From: the human T2T-CHM13v2.0 reference genome, Homo sapiens
NCBI RefSeq assembly: GCF_009914755.1
Contig: NC_060931.1
Strand: one strand, 5' to 3'
DNA length: 64,000 nt
The position numbers and the translations under genes are program-made. This document shows positions 13,067 through 29,366 of this stretch, piece after piece (position 1 is the first letter of the stretch; the number at the start of each line of letters is the position of its first letter). Below the pieces are notes generated by a model that was not told where the DNA came from, made no database searches, and saw only the letters and a list, made by a program, of their open reading frames with translations.

Positions 13067-13349
13067 TTTTTTTTTTTTTTTTTTGAGACAGAGTCTCACT
13101 CTGTTGCCCAGGCTGAAGTGCAGTGATACGATCTCAGCTCACTGCAACCTCCGCCCCCCAGGTTCAAGCAATTCTCCTGCCTCAGCCTCCTGAGTAGCTG
13201 GGACTACAGGCACCCACCACCACTCCTGGCTAATTTTTTGTATTTTTAGTAGAGACGGGGTTTCACCGTGTTAGCTAGGATGGTCTCGATCTCCTGACCT
13301 CGTGATCTGCCCACCTCGGCCTCCCGAAGTGCTGGGATTACAGGCGTGA
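13067..13349 (-). mobile_element. Alu (S/Y type)
   Basis: polyT then antisense Alu, with aagtgag on both flanks. Confidence 0.95.
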
Positions 13350-14304
13350 AGTGAGGATTTTTAACACTACCCACCAAAGAAGGAGGGGAGGGTTGAAGGT
13401 GTCACCATCATAAACAGTCTCAAGAAGGAAGTTTGACTTGAAGTGAGCCTGATAGCTGAGTTTTTGTTTGTTTGTTTCTTTACTTTTTAATAGATGACAG
13501 GAGGGAGATACTCCAGGCAGGGTAAAACATGAAATGAACTTGACCTTTGCATGAGCCAACACTTCCTAGAATTAATGAGGTGCCCTGCCAGGCTGCTGCT
13601 GGAGTGTTCACGTGGGACTCAGCATGGGTAGGCATAGGGTTAGGTAGGCTTTAGGAGGTACCTAGAGTGCAGACAACTGAAATACTCAGTGTTTAAAACC
13701 CAGTAGTATTGGTCTTTACAATAAGAACATAGCAACCTTTTGGAGCAGAAGAGGAATGTGATGAAAACAGTAGGCGCAGATTAGTTTTGTGCTTATGTAT
13801 AGCATACACTGAAGAAAAAGGAAGATCAAAATTCTGGATTCAATTAGCAGCCAGGTTGGAATGGTGGGTCGGGAGCTCAGCCAATGTAGAAACCACACTA
13901 ATTGTGATTATGAGTAGCTGGTGTTCTCTTGGAAAATGAAGACAGATTTCAAGTGTTTATATTCCATGTCCCTCTAATTAAATCTGTGGCAGCCTGGGCT
14001 CCTTGTGAGTTGAGCCTGGTGCCATCCTGAGAGGTCTCTCTACCATGAGTGGTCTGTAGGTAGTGAGTTCAGGAGGGCAGCGATGAGAATTCTCAGCACC
14101 CATGTTGGTTAGTGCATTCCTTTCCAGCCCTTTCTTCCTGTGTGTGAGTCTCCAGGGCCTGGCTGCTGCACACACGGAGATAGGCTTTGGCTGTGCAGAG
14201 CAAGCTACCTTCACAGCTGCCGGAAGTTACAGAACTAGGATTGTGTGTGTAAACTGGGGAAGCACCAGTGTGAAGCAAAAATGCAGAAGAAATCTTAAAA
14301 TGGC

Positions 14305-14571
<267 letters not shown>

Positions 14572-14574
14572 TAA

Positions 14575-14963
<389 letters not shown>

Positions 14964-15345
14964 TGTTACTTGGTTTTATGGATTTTCAGAACTGTGAACA
15001 ACTCATACATCTGCCTGTAATACTTGGTCTCAGCCATTTCTCCCTCCCCTTCTCCCTTCCCCTCCTGTCCTCCTTCTATCCCTCCCTCCTGCTGAAATCC
15101 AGACTTCTAGTAACCATCACCAAAAAATGTGGACTTTAGAGTCAAGGAGATCTGGGCGTAAATCCCCAGTCTTCGTTTCTACTTGTGTAGTCATGAAACA
15201 GTTCCTTTGCTCCTCTGGGCACACTTACTCCATCCATATATTAGTTGCCTAATGCATGGGGTTTATGGTGAAGTTTCTGTGAAACACTGTATGATGAGGT
15301 GATGTCTTTAAGGGCCTGCTTTGGTTCATAGAAAATACTGAGGGT

Positions 15346-15673
<328 letters not shown>

Positions 15674-17580
15674 CTATTCATGGTGGACACCAAGACCTTC
15701 CATAATATGGCCAAATCTAATTAGCCACCCTTCATCAAATTTCCCTAAATTTGGGACAGAAAATAAATCTCATACTCACTGTTAACTCTGACCAATTGAC
15801 AATGACTTCCTGGAGCTCTACATTTAAAAATAGACTAAAACCATGCCCAGGCTCTTTAGGAAAGAATGCCACAATCAGTGAGTTTTGCCTCTGAGGTTTC
15901 TATTCTCCCATCCGGCTGTGTAAGAATGAATCACATCACGCAATGTGTCCAGTCATTGCTCCCAAACCCGGAATGTGTTTCTGGTTATCCACACCTCTAT
16001 TGACTTCATTCTCCTCCCCACCACACGAGCCCCCTCCCACACATGCGCACTACAGAAATGTCCTGGTCATTGTGCCTCTCATACTCAAATCCTTCTGACC
16101 CTTCAAGCCACAGCGTCAAAACCTCCTTCTCTAAAAAAAACCTGAATGCTGAGAGTCAATACTGCTTCTTATTTCACGCTAGAATTTATCGTTTTGTTAG
16201 ATGGCTACTTCCATTGTTGTAGATAGAATTTTTCTAAAGGGGATATTTAGGAATGCTTTCCATATCCATGTATTGCTTGACTTCTTTCTCTCCGTCATTC
16301 TAAGTTGTCAGAGAGAGGGGTTGGGTGGGAAGGGTGTGGACTCTGCCTGTAATACCAGTAGCTGTTGCACAGGGTGACACTGTGAGTTTGAATTGCAAAA
16401 GTGGCGAAAGAGGCTGCACCAACAGGTCTTATGCTCTTTCCAGGTGCAGGTCTCAGATAACAAGCTGAAGGTAGTCAGTGACTGGAATGTCATCGGCCAC
16501 CTGCAAAGGGAGTCATTGCAGCTACTCTTTTCAGTGGAATCATTTACTTCCCTCAGGGACTTTCTTAGAAAGTCTAAAAGATTTTCAAACAAACAAGTCT
16601 CTTTGAAAATGAGGTGAAAATGCCCAGGAGTCCTCATTTGGTCAGGCTCCTTGTTCATCTTAAACTCTACACCCATGTCCCTGGTTCCTGATACTGGGGG
16701 ACCCCATAAATGTTGGTTGATCACTGGAGGAAATGAATTAAGGAACTAAGCCATGCTGACGAGCAAGAATGTGTGTGCTGGGGCCCCACCACAAATGGGT
16801 TAAATAAGAGCCTCTGAAGAGGGAACCTCAGGATGGCTTTGAAGGCTACCTGGGTGATTTTGGTGTCCAGCTGGGGTCATCTGGCCTGCTCGCCCCTTTA
16901 CTTGCTGCCCTTGACAAGTGACACCCAGGATTGCCGTGGAAGCTGAGAAATAACACTTCTGTCTGAATATGCCAGTAAAGTTTCCTCTCAGGCATTAATT
17001 TCCTTGTCCACTCAAGAAACTTGGAGAAATAAGGGTAGATCTCAGATTAACCATGTTCTTGGGGATTTACTTAATGATATTCAGTAAAGGGGTTATAGTA
17101 TCAAAGTCTGCAGCATGGAGATGAAGCAGAGCCGGCTCTTCCGGGGTCTGTCCACATCAAGGGGCACCAGACGTTGGTTGTGATTGTTCCTGAGCCTGGC
17201 CAACCTCACATGTGCCCTGGGCTCCCTCTGGTGAGCTCCGGTCTTCACCTTAACCGCCCATGTTTGCATTGCGGGGAATCTGTGCTTCAGACAGACACGC
17301 CAGATGTTACAGGTCACTGCATCTAAGATGGAAGGTGTTCTGTTTATTTATTTATGTTTTAATTTTGGCTGTTGATCACTTTCTTGTGCTGGTGAATCAG
17401 CACGCGTGTTGAACCAGCCATTAATCTCCTGGGAGAGAGCTGTTGACATCCTGGAGGGTGGCACTCTTCCTGTTTACAGATGTTAAAGAGAAAGGCCCGT
17501 GGGTGTCTCCCTGGGTGGCCAAGCCTGGTTCATGTGTGTGCTGTGCTGTGTGTTCCTTCTTCCACACAATCACTGAGCCT

Positions 17581-17892
17581 GGCCAGGCACAGTGGCTCAC
17601 GCGTGTAATCCCAGCACTTTGGGGGACCGAGGCGGGCAGATCACCTGAGGTCAGGAGTTCGAGACCAGCCTGACCAACATGGTGAAACCCCGTCTCTATT
17701 AAAATTAAAAAAAAAAAAAAATTAGCCGGGCATGGTGGTGGGTGCCTGTAATCCCAGCTACCTGGGAGGCAGAGACAGGAGAATCGTTTGAACCCTTGAA
17801 CCTGCGAGGCAGAGGTTACAGTGAGCCGAGATTGTGCCATTGCACTCTAGCCTGGGCAACAAGAGCAAAACTCTGTCTAAAAAAAAAAAAAA
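17581..17892 (+). mobile_element. AluS
   Basis: Full dimer with TSD aatcactgagcc. Confidence 0.95.
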
Positions 17893-18199
17893 ATCACTGA
17901 GCCCCTCGCAAGTGCCAGGCCTGATGCGAAGCACTGGGGATGGATAGGGAAAGGCCCCACCTGTCCCTTGCTGTCTAGTTTATTGTGTTTTGTTTCTACA
18001 TCACCTCCTCTCTCCCCTGTGCTCCTGCAGAGGGTTGGACACAAATCCCCCACTGTGTCTGCGCTGGGGACATTGGCCTAAATCAAACATCTAGGGCAGC
18101 CTCAGCCAGGAAAGGGCATCACTCAAGGAGAGGGAGCAGGTCAGTCTGTCTGGATAGTGGTGGGAAGAGCATACACCAACACCAACTGTACGTATGTGA

Positions 18200-19092
<893 letters not shown>

Positions 19093-19638
19093 GAACTCTG
19101 CCTTTTTCTTAACTCACTACCCCAGGACTGACTTTTTTGACCCCCTGCCCTCCGCCCGGTCACTGTGTATGGCAGGTGGAATCCACCATGCCCTGGGGGT
19201 GGTTCCACCTGCAGCTGTGGGGAGAAGCATCTGTGCTCACTGCACATAGATCTGCGCCCTCAATGCCAGCCTGCACCTGCCTTTCTCTACCTGGCACCTG
19301 GGGCCTCATGGGGGATGGTGTCCGGCCTGCAGGAGCAGCAGCCTGACTGTGCCATCTCTCATCTCTCCAAATGATCTCTCTGTGGAACTTTCTAAATGAC
19401 ATATCAGCAGCGAAGACAAATAGGAAATAAGAGGCAGGAGGCAAGACAGACACTCCCCATGGAGCGGATTCCACGTGGCCCTGGGCACTCACCTCAGGAG
19501 TGGTTGAGAAAGCCTGGTTCCTGCTTGCTCCATGAAGTCCTCACTCCTTGACCAGATTTTGGAGAGAGGAAGGTTTTTCAATAACTGCCCCTCTTGGTAG
19601 TCCTCCTAAGGAAGAGCAAAAGAAATAAAACAGATTCA

Positions 19639-19985
<347 letters not shown>

Positions 19986-20694
19986 CTATGCATATCCCAG
20001 TAGCCTGGCTCTGGGCTGGGTCTGTCTGTTGCTTAAAGGCTTAAAAAAAGAGCACAGAGCCATCTGCACTTGGACATCCTGGTGACGTGGCCTAACTTCC
20101 GACATTGGGGTCCTGTAAAAGAAGATAAGCCATGGTGTTTCCTTACTGAGAAGGCCTTAATTCCAAAGTGAGGGCTGGCAAACCCAACAGCACAGCACTC
20201 AGAGGAGAAGACACAGTTGTTGATTGAGTCGAGCTGTCTGGCTTCCCAGGACCCTCAGCTCAGTCACAGCACAGCGTTACCAGGATGTCAGACGCCCAAG
20301 GGCAGTGCTGACATGCAGCCTGCCACTGTGGCCACAGCACTCGGGTTAAAAAGAAACCAGATAAAATTCGTGTTTCTGCTTGTCCAGACTAGAAATTAAT
20401 TCAAACCTGGCCTGTAGCAGCTGTCTTCTCTACATCCAACTGGATGGATGAAGGCCGTCCTACCTAGTAGAGGGAGGTTGGAAGGATGAGAACTGTCTAC
20501 AATTAACCTTTTCATTAGCACAGAAAATTTAGACAACCAAGGTCCCAATTTCTAATGTAAAGGTCAATTTCTTACATCTCTGTGTACATCCTAACTGATT
20601 CACCACACCATTGCCCGAAGGTACATTTCTATTGGTTTTTTGAAATGCTAAGAGGAGCTCTCAGGCAGTGTTAATGTATGCACTCACGACTTCA

Positions 20695-20810
20695 TAGGTA
20701 CCAGTACTGCACTAGCTTCCAGTATAGCACTAGGTACTAGTACTGCACTAGATACTAGCACTGCACTAGGTACTAGCACTGCACTAGGTAATAGCACTGC
20801 ACTAGGTACT
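20695..20810. repeat. 18-bp minisatellite, ~6.4 copies (gtactagcactgcactag)
   Basis: Direct inspection. Confidence 0.9.
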
Positions 20811-22609
20811 GTGGATTTGAGGGGTCAGAGGGGAAGGAAACCATTCTGATTGTCAAGGAATTTCCTATATAGTTACAGAAACCACATTCATTAGAGAATG
20901 AGTAAATTACCTTTGTGCTCCTATTAGACTACATAAGAACTGTACAATGTGATGTCCTGGGGTTACATAAGTATAGTTTTAAATCAACTATATCTGCAGC
21001 CTGTGAAAAACCTATTCCCCTTTTTTCCTAGTTGCAGTTCACTCCCCAGTTCGTCTGCACCCTACCTCGATGAGATCTCCCCTTCCGTGGGCTAAACAAA
21101 ACCCCAAGCAGTTAGCTGTTAATGATACGAGCACCATGCCGGAGCTAGGGCCAAATGAGTCAGAAGAATCCTTTGCAGTGCCGCGGGGCCCTAATTGTGT
21201 CAGGTATTTTGCCCAAATTAGCATGGCTGAGGATCGGCTGCTGGTTCTAAAATAGTCTCGAAGGACTGTCTCCAAATTGCTTCGGCAACATTACTCATTC
21301 TCAGCACGACTCTGGTTTCCGCCGTCCCAATTTACAGATGGGCAGCCGAAAGGGAAAGGATGAGATGGCTAAACTGAAAGTCACAAAGGAAATCCTGGGC
21401 CAACATCACCCCTTGGGGCTTCCTCCAGCTGCGGTCTGTGCCCCCACAGCCCCAGGATGCTGGGCGGTTTTCTCCAAGAATTGGAAACCTTTTCCCAGGG
21501 CATCCTCACACAAAGCCCCACTCTGAATAACACGATGATTTCAGGCCTTTTTCTAATCATAAGCCCCCAAATTAGATAAGATCAACATGAAAGGTCTCAG
21601 GTATCCCTTAGGAATTTAAAGGAAGGACAGAAAAGGTTGAGCTCTGTAGTGCGTGGAAGAGGAGATGGCATGATCAGGATACTGTCCTGAGAATTAGCAG
21701 TAGGATCTTACAGTGAAATAGGGGGCTCCTCCGCAGGCTCCCAACACATCAGCTGGTAATTACGCCCGGCACCAGGATACTGGGGCAAGGCAGAGCCACT
21801 GGAACACATCCTCGCCTGCACCCTGCTCTGCTCATTAGCCATAGCATCAAAATCACTTTTGCTCCAAAGGCGTTTTTTTTTTCCTATACTGTACATTCTT
21901 TTGTGCTTTCTAATTTATTACTTTTTTTCCCCTACCTGAGCTGTTGGAGATTTAGTGTTGAATGGCTTCTCTGTATTTTTCTTTAGTCTAATTCATTATC
22001 ACTAAGTCTGTGGTTTTTTTTTTTTTTGTGATCAATATACACACTTAGATTGGTTTAAAATAATCCCATGGAGAGCCTCATTAGTGTCCTTGGATAATAG
22101 ACGCAGCTCTCTGGGAGAAGGGAGCGTTTATCAGGGACCACAGTGACAGAGCCCACAAGCACACCTCCCTGTGTGTGTGTTGAACATGCTAGAACATGCA
22201 CGTGTATGTTGTCAGGTCCTCAGGCTGCATGAAGCTGCTACATGTGCACCATGTCCCTGCTGCGTCCCTGCTGTTCGTTCTGAGCACTGTGAGAGCCTGA
22301 GGCGTCAGAGTGCAGCTCATTGAGACCCAGACGCCACTAGATTCTCAGTCTTCTGCATGTTTTTCACACCTCTTATGTTTACTGAAACTACATCTTGAGC
22401 TGAGTGTTTGAGCAATTTGTTCTCAAGGCCAATATGGGCAAACTCCCTGAGTCGGAGCTGATACCAGCGAACGGCTTCAGAAAGTAAAAAACATGGGAAA
22501 GAGGCTGAGAGGAAAGAACGCTCTGAGTGGGAAGAGAGGAGGGAGCACCTGTCTGAACTGGCTCCGTTCACGTCCATTCATTCTTTAAGGAACTTCTCTT
22601 TGTCCTTCA

Positions 22610-23259
<650 letters not shown>

Positions 23260-23515
23260 AAAACAAACCTGTTTTTTAGTTTCTTCACAGAGTGGCACAA
23301 GCATCATCTCATTCCATTTTAGAACATTCCACCCCCACCTCCAAATTATGCTTTAGCATTTACTGAACCCCCCAAACTCATTTCTGCTTCCCCGTCATGT
23401 CTTCATTTCACAGAGTTTGTTGAGCACTGATCTTGATATTAGGTTTACAGTGACAGAGAAGACACAAGCTCCCTTTAATTACAAAGATTCCATTTCCGTG
23501 TGACTGTGTTTACTA

Positions 23516-23863
23516 CGGTCAGCCCTCCATATCCATGGGTTCTGTATCTGGAGATTCAAGCAACCTCCCTCAGGTCAAATACCTGAAAAAAAAAAAAGGA
23601 TGGTTGCATCTGTACTGAATTTGTACAGACTTTCTTCCTTGTCATTATTCCCTAAATGATACAGTATCACAGCTGTTTACATTAGCAATTACATTGAATT
23701 AGGGATTATAAGTAGTCTAGAGGTGGCTTAAAGGATACGGGAGGATGTGCTTACATTATATGCAAATACCACACATTTTATATCAAGGACTTGAGCATCT
23801 GTGGATTTTGGTATCTGCAGGGGTGTCCCGGAACCAATCTTCCATGGATACCAAGGATGACTG
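23516..23863. mobile_element. MER2-like TcMar-Tigger MITE
   Basis: Terminal inverted repeats cggtcagccctccatatccatgg / ccatggataccaaggatgactg, preceded by TA, ~350 bp. Confidence 0.85.
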
Positions 23864-23975
23864 TGCTCATATTTGTGATCATATATGTTAAAAGCATCTC
23901 TCTGAATTAGAGAGGGAATCTGTCACATCTGTCACTAATATTTTAGAACAGGCCACCCCGATCCATCTTTAGTGA

Positions 23976-24393
<418 letters not shown>

Positions 24394-25838
24394 CAAGTGT
24401 TTCATAAGGAAAGGAACTTCTGATACACCATAGAGTGTCTGGGAAAATTTTAAAATTACTAATGGAATATGTGCTCAAATATTGGCCCCTGAGGAAGCAT
24501 TTATGCCCATGAGGATTCCTGCCCTCAAAAATTTAACTGTGTCATTTAGATATACACAAAAAATGAATATATATGAATATTTAAATGCTACATGAGTTTA
24601 AGGTATTACTGACCCTAGCCACTCAGTGACTGGAGATTAGACTAGACCCACTTATTAATCCACCCATCCACTAATTAATTATTCAATTAATATTTATTGA
24701 GCATCTACCATGTGTCAGGTTCTCTTTTAGAACTGGGAGTGTATCACACATTTTTATATTACCTTCCATGCTAAGTACATAGGAAGACTCAGAAAACACA
24801 TATGATTAGACACTGAGAATGCTATTTTTTGGTGCCTTTGGTGATAAAACGTTAGGATCCAGGAAAGCAATTGTTAGGTTTGCCCCCTCACTCCCAAATG
24901 CTGTTGCTGTTATAAAGCTTTTCAGTCCCTCAAAATCACTTAGGAAGATAAATGAGTAAACTTCGCTGCACTAATTTACTCTTCAAATTTCAGCATGATT
25001 TATGCCCTGTTTTGTTTATTGCTCAAATAAGCAAAATCAGAATGGATTGTGTGATTATTTTGAAATATAGTTAAGTCCAGATCACTTTATTCTTCCTTCA
25101 TCATTTTTTTTTTAACTAATCCATCTCTACCCAGGAGATGATTCATCACACAGCTGCCAGGGCTGCTTTAAAATAAAGGAATAAATAAGAAGAAAGAAAG
25201 AAAAGTGAAGGAGGGCCACTACATAGCCCCAAAGTAAATCACTGTACACCTTCCTGCATTCTCTTTCTCTCTGCCTGTCTTCCTCTCTGTCACACACACA
25301 CCTCTAAGAATTTCAGCAGAATCCGGGACATGCTGGAAAATCATTTGATGCGAGGAATTGGGGCTTAAGCCAAGTGTGCTGCCGTGGCCTAAATGTGCAA
25401 GGTGGGGCCAGGGACTTCTCCCGCAGGAAGCCGGCTCAGGCCAGAAGCCCAGGGGGTGGGCAGGGCAGGGGTCATCTCCCCCAGGGTTTGCCTCTGCCTT
25501 GCTCTCTGAGGGTCTCCACTTTGTCCCTTCAGGCTTTGACTAAATCTTCACGCAGACACTGGTCAGCTACCTGGCCCTGAGCAAGTCGCTTTGGGCCTTG
25601 GTGGAACTGGGAAATGAAGGGACATTCGCTTCCTAGGGCTGCGGTGAGAAATCGCCACAAACTGCGTGGCTTAAAACAACAGAAATTGCCCCTCCCAGTT
25701 CTGAAGGCCAGAGATGTGGACACAGTTGAAATGACAGTGACAGAGAAGGGTGTGGAGGAGAGGAGCGGGGCTGCGGTCACGCCCAGGACACTGGATTTTA
25801 AAGGGTGGGCAGAGAAGATCCCACAGAGACGAGGACCA

Positions 25839-26189
25839 GAGAGGGAGGTGGGGGGAGAGCTGGGAGAAGGGGCAGTCGAGAGGGAGGTGGGGGGAGAGCT
25901 GGGAGAAGGGGCAGTCGAGAGGGAGGTGGGGGGAGAGCTGGGAGAAGGGGCAGTCGAGAGGGAGGTGGGGGGAGAGCTGGGAGAAGGGGCAGTCGAGAGG
26001 GAGCTCGGGGGAGAGCTGGGAGAAGGGGCAGTTGAGAGGGAGGTGGGGGGAGAGCTGGGAGAAGGGGCAGTCGAGAGGGAGGTGGGGGGAGAGCTGGGAG
26101 AAGGGGCAGTCGAGAGGGAGGTGGGGGGAGAGCTGGGAGAAGGGGCAGTCGAGAGGGAGGTGGGGGGAGAGCTGGGAGAAGGGGCAGTC
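25839..26189. repeat. 39-bp G-rich minisatellite, 9 copies (gagagggaggtggggggagagctgggagaaggggcagtc)
   Basis: 351 bp = 9 x 39, nearly identical units. Confidence 0.97.
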
Positions 26190-26446
26190 CTGAACATCAA
26201 GACAGAGAAGCAGCAGCCGCAGCATGTGCAGGGAGAGACCACCCAGGCCCAGCACGGGGAGGCCACGGACTTTGGCACCTCGATGGACACAGAAGATCTT
26301 CAGAGAAGCAATTTCAGCTTTAAAAATGGATGGAAGCCATATTGCAGTGGGTTAGGGACAGGAGAGAAGGTCAGAAAGTGGCCCTCAGATTTGGACCACT
26401 CACTGGATTGGACCAAGACCGGTAGGGGTTGGACTGATGATGGTTT

Positions 26447-26985
26447 AGAGGCTGCGTGGGGAGGAGGTGCTCATGGGTGGGTGGAGAGGCTGCGTGGGAG
26501 GAGGTGCCCAGAGATGGGTGAGAGGCTGCGTGGGAGGAGGTACTCGTGTGTGGGTGGAGAGGCTGCGTGGGAGGAGGTGCCCACAGACGGGTGGAGAGGC
26601 TGTGTGGGAGGAGGTGCCCAGTGATGGGTGGAGAGGCTGCGTGGGAGGAGGTGCCCAGAGATGGGTGGAGAGGCTGCGTGGGAGGAGATGCTCATGGGTG
26701 GGTGGAGAGGCTGCGTGGGAGGAGGTGCTCATGGGTGGGTGGAGAGGCTGCGTGGGAGGAGGTGCCCACAGACGGGTGGAGAGGCTGTGTGGGAGGAGGT
26801 GCCCAGTGATGGGTGGAGAGGCTGCGTGGGAGGAGGTGCCCAGAGATGGGTGGAGAGGCTGCGTGGGAGGAGATGCTCATGGGTGGGTGGAGAGGCTGCG
26901 TGGGAGGAGGTGCTCATGGGTGGGTGGAGAGGCTGCGTGGGAGGAGGTGCCCAGAGATGGGTGGAGAAACTGTGTAGGAGGAGGT
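26447..26985. repeat. ~37-bp G-rich minisatellite, ~15 copies (gggtggagaggctgcgtgggaggaggtgcccagagat)
   Basis: Constant core with a variable ~9-nt segment and a 185-bp higher-order period. Confidence 0.95.
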
Positions 26986-27089
26986 CCTAGTTGTCTGCAT
27001 TTCCTTTGGGAGAACAGCCTTAGGGAAAGGAAAGAGACTGGTGGAGCAAAATCCGAGAGGCTGAGGCAGCATAAAAGTCTCTCCTCCAT

Positions 27090-27590
27090 GGAAAAACTTG
27101 GAGCCAAAAGCGCACATTCCTCAGTGAAAGACGCCAACCTGAAAGGCTACACTTTGTATGATTCCAACTATGTGACATTCAGGAAAAGGCAGACTTATGG
27201 GGGCCTTAAGCAGATCTGTGCGTGCCAGGGTTTGGTGGGGTGGGAAGGATGAATCGGCCGAGCACACAGAGGTTTAGAGACCCAAAAGACGTCTGTATGA
27301 TCCTGCAATGGCAGGTGCAAGACAGATGGATTTGTCACAACTCACAGAACACACAGGCAAAGGGTGAACCCTAATGTCAGCTGTGGGACTTAGTTAATAA
27401 TGTTTCAATATTGGTTTATCAATTATACCACATGCACCACACTAATGCAAGATGTTTGTAATTTGGAAAACTGAGGGCAGGGGAAGAAGGAGGATATGGG
27501 AACTCTCTGTAGTTCTGTTCAGTTTTTCTCTAAACATGAAACTGCTCTAAAAATATAAAGCTTATTAATTAAAAATAGTAATAAATAAGA
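27090..27590 (+). mobile_element. L1MC-type 3' end
   Basis: tgtatgattccaactatgtgacattc...gtgaaccctaatgt...atatgggaactctctgta motifs and an A-rich tail. Confidence 0.75.
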
Positions 27591-29366
27591 AAAGTTTACC
27601 AGGAAGGTAAATGGAAAGTATTTGATAGTTCTAGGATGGAACAAAAAAGGAGGTACAGGAGGAAGTGCTGGCCGAGACGGAAAGGGGATGCCTGGTCATT
27701 GGAGACTGAGAGGAGGGAGGAGCACCAGGTACTTCAGTGTGTCCGGGAGGAAGCCTTCTGCAGGGAAGCAGGGACCCTGGGCCAAGCTGGAGCCTCCCAG
27801 AGGCAAAGGCTGAGAGTGAGGCTGATGGAGAGGGAAGCCCTGTAGGCAAAAGGGAGAGGGAGTGGGTGTGGGAGGGAGAGCCTTCAGTGCTCCTCTGTCT
27901 GCCCCACACCTCCTTGTCCCTTTAGAGTAAGGGGGCAGTAGGTACAAGAGAGATGTAAGGAGAGCAGGAAAGATTGGAATTGGCATTGAGGACAGACGTG
28001 TCTCACACTCTGGGTGGTTGTGATGATGGGAATGGTTAGTGGTCAGCTGAGGTTGGAGACATTGCATTTGTCATTCCCAAAGGTCATTCTCAAAGGTCAA
28101 GGTGTTGATGTGGAGGAGGTAGATTCGGCATAAAACCAAGTTGGGCATTCGCTAGTCTGGGCAGAGAAGGAGTTGTGTGAGGAAAGCCATTCAGTAGGGG
28201 ATTGGAGCAGAGGATGAATGACCACCAAGTGGCTCATCCAAAAGGGAATTCCCACAGTGGAGAAGAAGTTGGAAAAGTCACTCTCAAATCCTCTTTTAAC
28301 TTGAAAGGAAAAGAATCTGATACCCTGCAAGAAATCAAATTCCAATGCAAAAATATAGGTTCCTTTCATAGGAACAGATGTGGAGAATATGATTGAGGAT
28401 TGAGACCCTAAACCCAGTTTCCCACCTGACACAGGGATTGAGCCCATTTGTTTTTGCTACAGAGTTCCATAGAGTAAACTTGTCCCAATATCTGACATAT
28501 TACTGGGCCTTTAAAAGAAATTACATATAGATAGTTGTTGTAATAACATTTTATCAATATTCAACCATTGATCCTTTCTAATTAAGTGAAGGGTTAAGGG
28601 AACACACATATACATCTACACATTCACATATATACGTTGTGTGTATTATATTGCATGGTCAAATTATTAACCAGTTTATCAATGAATAAACCAGCATTTA
28701 TGGAATATCTGCTAGGAAGCTCTGTGCTATCTATTTTCACATACAATAGATTATTGAGTCCAACCCTACGAGGCAAACATGATTATTTTCATTTTATACA
28801 CAGGAAACAAACTTGGATCCAGTTACTCTATTGCCTCAAGCCCTTTGCTTCTAGTGGCAGAGTTCAGAATTAAATTTACACCTTCTTGGAATTATCTCCA
28901 CCACTTCACAACTTCCTCCCCACGAGGGACATCCTGGTGTTTTTGAAGACAGATTGCCACGACTCACTTCTGGCATCTTGGAGTCACTTGTTTAACTTAT
29001 AGAGACTGAGAAAGATTGAGAGGTTGAGAGAGTCACTAGCTAGCAAAAAGAAAACAATTACCTCTTTGGACTATGGTAGAGTTTATAAATTAATAGCCAA
29101 TGTTTCTCTTGATTTTCATGACCATTCTGTAGGACGAGGGTAGCTATTGTCCCCATAGGAGAAAATAAGACGCAGAGAGTTGCTGAAGGCCGTGTGATCC
29201 ACACGTCATAAGGTTGGGACTAGGATGCAAACTTTTGATTCCTGGTGTGGATCTATGGAAACTCCTGTAACGTGTTGGTGGTGAGGGAAGGGAAATGCAT
29301 CTTAGCTTATGGAAGAAGTAAAGGACTCCTTGAGCACAGGTGAGCCAGGTAATAAAAGTGGAATTA

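Noticed and set aside
16444-16613. Exon-like segment (ctttccag ... gag/gtgaaa)
   Set aside because: Weak donor, stop codon in the DPP6 frame, and the two real exons are already contiguous in the protein.
25529-27252. Long ORFs (336, 261, 253 and 194 aa)
   Set aside because: Stop-free reading of G-rich tandem repeats, open in several frames on both strands, with no splice or homology support.
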